A DNA stretch of 64,000 nt, taken from contig CM030335.1 in NCBI GenBank assembly GCA_017654855.1, positions 2,108,001-2,172,000 on the forward strand. The letters run 5' to 3'. The DNA is from Podospora anserina. Its lineage: Eukaryota. The notes beneath the pieces were generated by a model. It did no database searches. It saw nothing but the letters and a program-made list of their open reading frames with translations, and was not told where the DNA came from. The translations under genes were made by a program, and so were the position numbers. This document shows positions 49,671 to 60,800 of this stretch, one piece after another. Numbering within the stretch: the stretch's first letter is position 1; every line of letters begins with the position of its first letter.

Positions 49671-51745
49671 TATGTAGGGGAGTGAGTGGTCGGGTGTCAC
49701 AGTCGAGAAAGGGAGCGGTTCATAGCTGCCCAAGAAGACAGACGGGAGTGGTGTGAAGGATGATAAAAGGTAGGGGTGACTTGGCAAGATGTATGTACTT
49801 ACAGGACATGATGGATGGCGGCGCGAGAGCGTTTTCACGTCGCAGTCACCAGGGGGAATCGGGAACAGTTGGGGGGCCCTGGACTCGGCAGCGAAAATGG
49901 GGCGAACGGCAGACTGGGACTGGCTGGGACCGCTGGAACAAAGGTGGGGTTGCCCCTAAGCCGGTCCGGGATACAAAGACAAAGTCTCCGCCCGGCCAAA
50001 CGCTGTCTGCTGAACCGCCAAACGCACCCAAGAACAGCGATCTCGAGGTATGAGAATCTCTCTCTGTGTGTTGCGTCCCTGGAAACCAACCGTCAGTCCA
50101 ATGCCATCCCAACTTTCCACCACTTGTCAAAACACCACTCCGTTTTGCCCTGCGTTAGTTTGCAACCTGCAGCTTGCCCCAAGCAGGTGGTCCCCTTTGT
50201 CAACCACCGCCCACCGCCCACCGCCCACCGCCCGACATCGAGGAATTCCAATATCCCGAATCAACATTACGAATGTCCCTTCTTGGACAGACAGCAAAAG
50301 GGAAAAGGAACGTACCACGTCACACGTTTCTACCACACTACCACACTACCACACTTGTCTCTGTTTCCCGCAGGTGCCTGGACTGTCCCTAGACTCTCGG
50401 ATGGCAACGTCTTTTTCGGAGTCGGAGCGGTCTGCGGTTTGACGAACGAATCGAGTCCTCTGCCAAGCGTGGCTGTGAAGAAGTTTATTGCGTAGTGGGA
50501 AGCTCCGATGTGGATTTTGCTTTGCTGTGCTGGAGAACGAACGACGGGAAGAAAGCTGGTAACATAACCCCGCGATGTTGGAGAAGAGACGAGGAATCTG
50601 CTCTGCTGTTGACGTCGACAGACAGGTACGGTATGTTGTGCCCCTGAGAATTATTTTGGTACCAACTTCTTGATCTTGGTCCGTGCCGTTCAACGCCTGC
50701 TGTGCCGATGCGGGCCTCGAGTGTAGCCGCCCGATTTGAAACTTTTGATGCTGAGTATAGATGGGATGTTGTTTCCACTACAGTTAGTCGGACCTACCTT
50801 GCTCAACTGAGTGATTCACCGCCTGGCAAGTTATACCAAAAACTCTTGCCAACAAATTGGCAACCTCAACGGCCTCCTCCAAGACAACACAAACTGGGCA
50901 CAGCATCAACGACGTAACCAGGGCAGCTGAGAACAAGCTCCTAGCTCCAAAAGCTTGAGCTGCCCCTGTCTAGCCTGCGGAGAAACGTGGAGAAATGCCT
51001 TCAGGGGTCTGCCTTGCCCAGGCTATCGATAAGCGAACACCCTGGCTTTTTGGACGTTTCTGGTTGCGTCATGATCCTAGCACGACGATTGTGTCTTGAC
51101 GCAATTGCCATCTTCAAAAGAGATCGACAATTGTCTTTGAAACTCTTACAACCCTCCTTCCAAGATCTTACAATACCGTCAACAGCAAGAAGGACGCCCC
51201 CCCAGGAAGGATCCCCAAACTTCCCATTTCCATTTCACTTTTTACATAATGCAGGTATCATCCAACGTCACCCCATCAACCGTTTGATGAGGCCCAATCT
51301 CGACAAGACATCCATCCTATCGCGTTTTCCCTTCGCGCCTCGCTTTCCTTTCCTCTTCACAGTCCGAGAAGCGAATCACCGGCAGGCAAAATCCCTCGGT
51401 AAAACGCTCTTCAAAACGGCCACACGCTGTTCAACAAATTCCAATCGACTTTCCCCATTTCCCCGTTCATCCTATTCACCAACTTTGTACCAACAAGTTA
51501 CACCAAAACGCACAGCCCACAACTGACCCGTGCGCAAAGGAGGCCTCCGTGATTTCTGTTGCTTGCCAAGAAATGATAATGTGACGTGAGCACATGGGGT
51601 AAGGGTAAGCACTGAAACTGACCCCCACTTATTGAGAACATTCTCATCAATTGGTCTGTGTGACCTTTATCAAAATTCAACCTCTCTCACCTTTTTGAAA
51701 GACTAGACTCTCATCGCACGCAAGCTTTGAGGCGCAGTTTTGTCT

Positions 51746-51792
51746 TGTGTGTGTGTGTGTGAGAGAGAGAGAGAAAGAGAGTGAGAGAGAGA
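51746..51792 (+). repeat. Compound (TG)n(AG)n microsatellite
   Basis: Directly visible. Confidence 0.85.
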
Positions 51793-51937
51793 AAGGGAGG
51801 GATTTGAGTTGGGTTGGGTTGGTGTAGCAGGTCTCCGATCTCTCCGTCCCCAGAAGGGCGTAGGCTGCCTCCTTACTTCTACCCGATCGTCCGGTTCCGA
51901 TGACACAGGGTACTCGAGAGTCTATAATTTTGCCCCA

Positions 51938-52108
<171 letters not shown>

Positions 52109-53068
52109 AATGTGGAACGGGGTTTCGGGGTGTGGGCGGTACGGCATGGAGTATGGTGATTATATCTTTTGTGGAACTACTGTCCATGGTAGGTAGGATA
52201 GGTAAGTCGATGCGCTTGACAATAGTTTAAGATGGCTCGCCGTTTGAGAATATCAGCTCGTGGTGGAGGAAGAAATCGTCGACACCCGCTGTGAGAGAAC
52301 CAACGCTCTCAGTTAAGTTCATCGCTATACCAGGCATTTGCATTCGCAAAACTCGGGAAGCAAGCCACTAAATACGGGCAAGTAACGGCTATCATCAGCA
52401 CCTAGAGTCTAGCCTTCGGATCAAATCCAGGGACAAAGGGGAGGAAGAACACGTCTGCCCCTCCATTTTATTCCTGTATGACAAATCAAGACCCATTTCG
52501 GTAATTGTTAAAGCAAAACCGGGTATCCGGTGTGGTCATGTCTACAATGTCAAAGACAACGTTGTGTAAAAAATCGGCATGGATGCCCGAGACTGTATAC
52601 GATCAACTGCAAGACCTACACATGCAACAATCAGTCTACAAAGAAAGAATATACGGTGCCTGTGTCATCACCAACCATGCTCGCGTAAATCCAGACCTCC
52701 TCTATTCCCTTCACCCTATCCAAGTTGTCTCTCTTTCAGTCTGCAAATTGTCAGCATGCTGCAACACTCACTTGCCCCCCTTTCACATCATAATCCCACA
52801 CTCCAAATCCCATATCTTCATCAAATAAACAATACCATCATATTCATACCCCATAATCATACCATCCTAACTCATAACGTAATAATCCCTGATACCTATC
52901 CAGTACCGGATAACCCCCCCCTAGGTATTCAACTCCAAAACTCCATGCTTGCTTCAAACCTCCTTTTGATGCTCCAATCCAAGAGCAAGAAAAAAGCCAA
53001 AAAAAAAAAAACCAAAAAAAAAAAAAAAAAAAAACCAAAACCCCAAAATCAAATGGGTATCCCAAAGC

Positions 53069-54652
53069 TCAAAGCCCATCCCCAACACCAAACCTCCTCC
53101 CCTTATCCAACTCCCCCTCCCTCTCCTCCGCCCTCAACCTCCCAACCCCATGCCTCCGTTCCAAATGATCATAATAATCCCCCCTCGACTCCCACACCCT
53201 CTCCGGCATCTTGCAGTCCCCATGATGACAGACGTATCTCACCCCCAGCGCAAAACCCTCCCACCTCGTCGTCCTCGCCCTCTCCCTCCTTCTTTGAACT
53301 AGCCACCGGGCATACCTCGCAATCTGCTCCTTTTGCTCCTTGGAACTCAACCACTCCCGCGTGGCCTCCTCAATCTCGCTCAAATAGTACTTCTTCCTCA
53401 TCCCCAGCTTGACATCAGGCGCCTCAAACCGGTAATAAGTCTTGTACTTCTTCCCCCTTTCCTGATCCAAAAGACTCTCCCTCGAAGTGGTGGAGTTCGC
53501 AGAAAGAGGCGTAGACGCAGACGAGGTAAAAGCCCGAAGCTTCTCATAAAACCAGGCTTGGTGCTCGTCCGTCCCCAGGCTCAGCAGCAAATCAATAGAG
53601 GGCTCGCCGTCGTCGAGCAGCGATGAGATTTCCTTCAGCACTTCAAGAGTAGGGTCGCGAATCTGCTTGCTGCCGTCCACAAACGACCCCGAGCCTAGCT
53701 TGAACGGCTTGAAGGAATACGACGACGGCGCCGTGATGGCCTTTGCGACTTCGGGAATCGAGACCAGACTGCCGGCGTCATCTTCCTCCTCTTCTTTGTA
53801 CGTGCAGAAAGCGTATGGGCGGCGCGGTTGGTGACGCTCGACTTCAGTACACCACGCCAGGGTCTGACATTGAAAGGCATCCTTCCGGAAGCCGGTCGAC
53901 TCATTCGAGTGGGTGGATGATCTCGAAGAGACCGGTGTTGGGAGAGTGGCAGCGACGGCGGCCTTGTTCCTGGTTGTAGAGCTGACGCTGAACTTGGCAA
54001 ACGTATCGAAAAAGGCGCGGGTGCGCTTGGTCGGCCAGGTGCTCCGGCGATAGAGCAGTGGAAAGTCGATCGTGGCGCCGCCGGCAAGGTCCGTGGTGAG
54101 AGGTATGTTCTTGTTCTGGCGGTGGAATTCACTGATGCATTCATCGACGCTCTTCCCAAGCATTCCCAGCATGATGGCGATCAAACCTCCGACACTGGTA
54201 CCCGCGATGTAGTCAAAATAGTGGCACGGTAGATATTGATCTTCCCTGAAGACGTCTTCGGGGATTTGATCGCGGGGTATCCGCTCAGTCTGGGCGCTCG
54301 ATGAGGCGCGCGGGTCAAGGTCTTGCTCAACCTGCGCAATCTCCTGCATCAGCGCCTGCAGAACTATCAGAGACGAGTACCCCTTGATGCCGCCGCCGTC
54401 GAGGGTCAGAATAAGCTTTTTGGACCATGGCGTGGATGTGACATTAAGTTCGGGCGACTGGATACCGGCCCCGGAAGCGGAGCGGGCGCTGGTGACATCG
54501 CTGGTGGGGGAAGGTTTCGGGATGGCTATCGTGACGCGGTTCGCGGTCGGGACTCGACGTGCGGCCGGCCTGGTTCGGAGCGACGACATCTTTCTTGGTA
54601 ACGGAGGACGTGGCTCGTCTTCCTCTTGAGGAGCGCTGACGACGTCTGTCAT
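53069..54652 (-). CDS. Patatin-like phospholipase with C-terminal C2H2-like motif
   Basis: LILTLDGGGIKGYSSL (oxyanion loop), PCHYFDYIAGTSVGGLIAIMLG (nucleophile), FVDGS, LLLSLGT, YYRFE; tail CHHGDC..HLERRH. Confidence 0.9.
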   Translation of the reverse strand: MTDVVSAPQEEDEPRPPLPRKMSSLRTRPAARRVPTANRVTIAIPKPSPTSDVTSARSASGAGIQSPELNVTSTPWSKKLILTLDGGGIKGYSSLIVLQALMQEIAQVEQDLDPRASSSAQTERIPRDQIPEDVFREDQYLPCHYFDYIAGTSVGGLIAIMLGMLGKSVDECISEFHRQNKNIPLTTDLAGGATIDFPLLYRRSTWPTKRTRAFFDTFAKFSVSSTTRNKAAVAATLPTPVSSRSSTHSNESTGFRKDAFQCQTLAWCTEVERHQPRRPYAFCTYKEEEEDDAGSLVSIPEVAKAITAPSSYSFKPFKLGSGSFVDGSKQIRDPTLEVLKEISSLLDDGEPSIDLLLSLGTDEHQAWFYEKLRAFTSSASTPLSANSTTSRESLLDQERGKKYKTYYRFEAPDVKLGMRKKYYLSEIEEATREWLSSKEQKEQIARYARWLVQRRRERARTTRWEGFALGVRYVCHHGDCKMPERVWESRGDYYDHLERRHGVGRLRAEEREGELDKGRRFGVGDGL

Positions 54653-55579
54653 CTCGAGAGCGAAAGAGTCAGACACTCTGTTCTTTGGTAGCTCGCGCTG
54701 TGGCAAGAGGTTGTTGAAGAAGTGGAAAATTGCTTCGGTGAGAAAAACAGTGGTATTTCAATGACGTTAGGCGGGCTGGGGAACGCCCAAGATGATTCTG
54801 GTGTGATTACCAAGGCATGGCCCGGCCTGCTGACACTCCGGGGCCAGCCTCAAACCAGCCACGCCGCGGTGGCTCCCACGCTTCCCACGCTCTCGTTCTG
54901 GAGGCTCTCGGCTGTTGGTTGTGTGTGTGGTCGTGTGTGGTCACTTCTGGACTCACCGGACGAGGTGTGCTCCGGGTGTCCCGGTGCAAGCCGTGGCGAG
55001 GCTTGGCAAGGCTCAGATGTGCAGAGATGTCATTCGCCGCGAGAAGAGGGCCTCACGTGGGTGTGTTGTGCAGTAGTGATACTGGCGATGATATCGGAAA
55101 CTGGCGGCTTGCTAAGAAGGCGTGTAGGTGACTCACGAAGTAGGTAAAGTCAGGTGAAGTGTTGACTGGGGAGACCTGCAGGAACGAGAAGAGCCTAGAC
55201 GTGCTCTTGTAATGTCGATAAAGCTGTGCTCCAAAATGCGAGTATGCAGTGTAACGCTGCTGTATACAGACTGACTCGGAGCAGTGCCTCGTTCAGGCAG
55301 ATTGACAGTTTGAAGTTCTTGGGGATCAAGATGCAGGAAACTGATTGGGCGCATTTCGACGACCGAATGAACGACCACAACAGCAGTTGCTAGCACCAGC
55401 AAATCAGCGCTGCTGCCTGAGCCAGTGGAGCAGGCCTGTCACTTCAGCCCTTCAAGATGCATGCCTTCCTTTGATCTTTCAAAGCCTTTTTACTTTGCTG
55501 GAGGCTTTTTTACTTTCCAAAGGCCATCTTGCTCTTTCCAAAGGCCTACCTTGCTTGGAAGGCATCGTCAACTGCAACC

Positions 55580-57825
55580 ATGGAAGCCGCAGGGGGGATC
55601 ATCTCCCTCACCTGGGACGTCTTCGACAGCACCATCAGAGGTGTGTACACGTTCATGACTCTTTAGTTGACTAACAAACACACCTCTTTGGAATATTATA
55701 GGGGCCTGTTCGTCATGCAAATAGGCCTAAAACTATGAAGCTCAAGTGGCTTTGGATCATTGAAACACGTGGTTGGATAGCGTATAGACCTATTGGCATG
55801 ACGACCAGGCCTTGTTTTCTCCAAACCACACGCATCAGCAAAACTAACAAAGGCCTAGTATTCCGGTTCCTCACGGCCATGGTTGAAATGCCAAGAGACT
55901 GCGAGAAATATAGGCTGCAGTTGGTCATCGAATACAACCGCGTCCTGGCCTGGGGTAAGGCGGTCGGCCTCATCGATGTGCCCGAAGGCTCGACTCTGGG
56001 TACCGTACTGGGAGCCGAAGGTATCGAGCTTGCAGCTATACTCGCCCGTATACAGTGGCTGCTCTCTGAGTTCCGCGACTACAATGCCCGGTACGGCAAT
56101 GAGCTCAACCCATACGTCTATGACGAGGATGGCAAGCAAATAGCAAAAGAAATCAGGGGCATGGAGCGAGACGAGGAGAAGCGAGCGTCTATCGACGAAG
56201 CGGATACAACCTCGGCCGCAGATGCCGACATTGTGAAGGATGTCTCGGCTTTGGCGGTGTCCTACGAAAAAGAGAAGAAGGAGCGCAGGCACCTCAAGGG
56301 AACCAACCATATCAGAGGCTTCCTCTCCAAGGCGGGTTACCACACCAAAGACATGCTCACCCACCCCGGCCGAGTGCGGTGGCTCGTCATGGACGGCGAG
56401 GAGTTCAAAAAGCTCCTCGAAGACCTCCACTTCCTGACCGAGCGTCTCCACGAGCTCATAAGAGACCACCGTGACAAGCGCATCGACGACATCACCGCAA
56501 AGACCTACCGGGAGATGATCCTTACCCGCAACGACATCCAAGACCTCCGCGACATGTTTGACGCCGTCTCCGGCCTTGTTGCCACCTCCTCCCGCAACCA
56601 TGCCACCGCTGCCGCCCCAAACAACAACGACAAAACCCTGCAAGACCTTGTCCAACTTAAAAAGCTCTCCCGCACTTCAGACGCCATCCTCTCCCAGCTC
56701 CACGACGACAACCAACCCCTCAAGCTCTCCTCCCTCTCCGACATCATCACAATCACGGTTCCCGAGTACACCCCCGCCACCCTCGACACCTCCTTCGGCT
56801 GGAACGAAGACGAAACCGCCCACCCCGAATACCTCCCCCGGCCCCGCGGCATCCTCACCACCCCCCACGGCGACATTCCAGTGTGGATAGAGTGGAAATC
56901 GATCGGGGCCTTCAAACCCAATTCCCTCCAAGACAAGCAATCCGCCCTTCGCACTGTCGCCCTGGCCGAGATGCTTCACCTGCCCAAGCCCGGCTCGCTA
57001 CCCACCTGCGTCGGGTACTTTGACGACAGGGCTTACAACGACACGGAGCGGTACGCCTGGATATTCAAATTCCCCGAGGGCTCTGACTACGACACCCGGA
57101 TTGTATCACTTTACTCCCTCCTCGGCAACAGGACCTACCGCCCGTCTTTGTCACAGCGGGTGGTCCTGGCAGAAAAACTTTGTTCTACCGTCCTCAACAT
57201 TCATGCGGTCAACTGGTTGCACAAGGGGATATTCTCGGAAAATGTGCTTTTCTGCCTTGATGACGGGCGGGTGGCGTACGACCCTACCTCGCCCATCCTC
57301 TCGGGATTTGAGTTCTCTCGTCCCGATGGGACGGCTACGACGGCGAGGGATACGGATATTGTGTGGGATTTGTATCGGTGGCCGGGGATACAGCGGCAGC
57401 GGCCTACGGAGAGGAATTCGAAAAAGACATATGATCTTTATTCTCTGGGGTTGGTGTTGCTGGAGGTGGCGCACTGGGAGAAACTCCATGTTCTTATGGG
57501 GTTGGGGAAGGGGAGGAAAGCCAAAGTGGTCGAGGGCGAGGAAGAAAAGGGGTATCCCACTGTTAGTTTGGAGGAGAGCAAAAACGTGAGGGATTGGCTT
57601 TTGGGTGTCAGGAAAGAGGGGGCGCCGTTTGAGATGAACCCTCTGGCGGAGTTGGGGGGTTTGGTAGGGGAGAGGTACGCGAGGGTGGTGGAGAGGTGCT
57701 TGTGGGCTCATGGGGAGAGGGGGTTTGGTGTGGCGGATGGGCTGTTGGGTGTTGATGGGGGTTTGGTGCTGCAGGAGGCGTTTACCGAGGGTGTGGTGGA
57801 GGAGTTGAGGGGGATTAGGCTTTGA
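55580..57825 (+). CDS. HeLo (HET-S-like) domain plus kinase-like (pseudokinase) protein; exons 55580-55640, 55859-57825 (possible 6-nt micro-exon 55702-55707); about 675 aa
   Basis: MEAAGGIISLTWDVFDSTIR|VFRF..YRLQLVIEYNRVLAWGKAVGL..RVRWLVMDGEEFKKLLEDLHFLTERLHEL (HeLo-type). Kinase lobe VWIEWK, LPTCVGYFDD, HAVNWLHKGIFSENVLF, LSGFEFSRP, YDLYSLGLVLLEVAHW, YARVVERCL. Confidence 0.85.
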
Positions 57826-60800
57826 GGAAGGGGGTTTGGGAGATGATATGTTGCTGATTTGACGCCTTTTGCTGCGTAACTTATGCGTTTGAAGATGATA
57901 GAAAGGGGCCTAGGTATGATTGACAGGCTTTAAATATATGCGAAAGGGGCCTTTGAAGGTAGGCCATAGGCCAAGGGTATATATGCTTTTACCCAAGTAA
58001 AGAAATCCACCACAAGGATAATAAATAACCTCCTCCATCAGGTAGATCAGAAACATACTCCAACACCTACCTATACAAGCACTTCATTCTTAAGTTCACA
58101 CAAGTCTACATGAAACCCTCAAGACCAACCGAGGGCATGCTGAGATGTGAGTTCAGAGATGCATAACTCTGAATCTGGGTTGAACCCAAAAGTATTTTGG
58201 AGCTGGACGCTAGCGAACAGCAAGTGTGCTACCAAGTCGTCATCGAAACTCCTAAGTTGCGCCGTCAGTGTGTTCTATTAGAACCAGTTCCTCAGACCTC
58301 TAGAGAAGCTACTACCCACGCAAGCCCTCACCAATCTCGGATGCTCCCAACGTTTTCCAAACTCCTGCTCCAAGCTCCAAGTCAGCGAGTGGGTGCTACG
58401 CTTTCACGCGTTTCACCACTCCCAAGCATAACAACCCTTTCCCAACACCAGGTCTCATCTATCCATCACGAACCATCATCTCAAACAAACGTTGCATGTT
58501 TCCTTTATCAAACTACCGGCCCCACCCGCCAGCCAGGGGCCGGCTGTCAAAACCCGGGGAGAAGCTCCGGCCGATGAAGGAAGGGGGGGGGGGGTCCACG
58601 GGATTGATTGACCGAACAAGGGGCGGAATGACCAGGAGGCGATGTAATCATCCCGAGGAAACCGTTAATGAGACTTGTGTGCGAGAGACCTCAGATCGAC
58701 ATACCTCGAAGAACACCAAACATATGTGAGCATCTTGTTGGTGAGTCACCTGGAGAATATGCAACTTACAGTACAAAGTTAGCTTCTCGCCATCTTTTAG
58801 AATACACTTCGTTATCAACCTCTTCCTCTCCGGCCATACCGACAGAGCGAGGATGAGGCCGCTTATCTTGGCCAAGGGAGGTAGCTCCAGTTTATTCCCA
58901 GATCTCAATTCCATCTTGGTTCGGCTGATGGAACCGAGAAGGAAATTAAACCATTCTCCATATTGACAGCTGCTAGGCATCCACCGGACATCTTGTTCAG
59001 TATGAAAACGGACGTCATCAATACAGCTTCGGAGTGGCTTCGCTGCCGAATGGATATGGCGGATATTTCCGTGGGATTTACGGGGAGGTTCGTGCCCGTG
59101 AGAGAAAGACGTTGGGAAGAGAGGCCCAACGACTCGGGCAAACATTTGTGCCCGGCGTTTCAGAGCAACAATGTATCCTGCTGCAGAAAGAAACTCCCCG
59201 TTGCCCAACCTCTCCTTTTGCCTGGGAATCAACACCGGGAGGAAACCAGGCTTCGCACTATCACCCCCTGACATAGGGTAAGCGGCGGAGCAGCCCCAAA
59301 GGAACCGGGCGGCGGCAGCCATCAAGCAATTGCATGCAGGCGACCGAAATTCACTGACCAATGCCAGCATTCGACCGCCCATTGTCGGTGGATATGAAAC
59401 TCGAAGAAGCTGTACGACGCCTTTCTGCCTGCCTTGATGAGAGAAAAGGTTGGTCAACGTTTTCTGTAGCAAGTGCTTCGTGTTGTTGAGCAACAAAAGC
59501 CCCCTGGACCGACGTCTGCGAAGCGAAGCGATGTGGACTGGGCGTCAGCCTGTCATGGCCCTGGCACACTTCATCACGCCCCCGGTCGCCGTCAGGGTCC
59601 AGGATCCACAGGGCTTGCGGGAGAAGCTTCAGAGAACGATGGTGGAAGCTTTTGATGAAGTGTCCAAGCGCCCGTCGTGAACGTGCCACATGAATTTCCA
59701 CCACCGCCCTTGGGATGCTCAGTTTTCTTCTCGTCTTCTTCTTGGACCAGCTTCACACCACTTTCCTACCATTTGTCAGTGAGCAGTCAGCAGATATACG
59801 TCAAAGGTGGAGTCATAGGACCTTCTGCCGGAGTAGCATCCGCCATGAGCGATTCAGATTCCAGACTGTGAAGCAAGCCGTCTGCCATCTTTGCATGCCA
59901 CACACACGCAAAGAGAGCCCCTTCGGCTCTGCTCGTTAAAGGGACTGACCAACAGCCAATAGAAGCCAAAGAGGGCCGTTCAGCTGTGAAAATCCTTGCC
60001 CTCTGAGCAGCGAATGCATTGGCTTGGCGAGGGGGTGGTGCGGTGTGGTGCAGGAGGTTTGGAGGTGGTTGCATTTCCCAGACCTCCACCCCCGGCCCGC
60101 CAAGCGCTGAGCTGGCGGCTTGGAAGGCCAAAAGCATTCTAGAAGGATTCCAGAATCCTTCCCCAAGCAGGATAGCGTCAGCTTCAGGTGCCACTCCCCT
60201 GCTCACAACCGCGAGGGGTCCCACAGCGTCCCACCCCAAAGCAGGGGCTCCGAGATGGGCTGGCTGCCCATGCATTGACCATCGGCAACTCCACGAGCAC
60301 AGTGTGTCCCTGGCGGCGTTATTCTTGGAAATCTCCAATTTCAAAAGACCATAACCAATCTCGCCGTTGCTTCCGGCACCGCTTCGATGTTTGTGAGCGA
60401 GGCCCCCTATCGAGGGACTTTCCTAAATGACTTGCAACTATGACCACCCTCCCCACATATGATATAAGGCAAGTTACCTGACCACACATCCAATCAGGCC
60501 AAGTTTGATTTTGAGCACTAGGCCAAACAGGGCGTTTGACAGGCACCGCAGCCCAGATTTTTGGAGTTCGAGCATGAAGTTTACCACACAAGCCATAGTT
60601 TCAAAATTAAAGGCACGACACCACCACATAAGTATGTAAAAAGTGGTATGAATCTAAACATTTTTTACTACTGGGAAAGCCAATTACACTTCCATGCGTT
60701 TCAATAGCTTGTGGTGCGGGTGAGTCCCAATTGATTGATTGATTGATTGTTAGTGTGTGCGCGCCCGAGTAATTTGTGTAGTCTGATTGGCTATTTAATT

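Noticed and set aside
52579-53412. 277-aa + strand ORF with polyK
   Set aside because: Reads through the A-rich tract antisense to the patatin 3' end.
55641-55858. Stwintron (nested intron) interpretation of HeLo intron 1
   Set aside because: Removing 55641-55701 does not regenerate a GT donor at the junction.
58648-59496. 282-aa minus-strand ORF
   Set aside because: Non-ATG start, no motifs, no typical codon bias.
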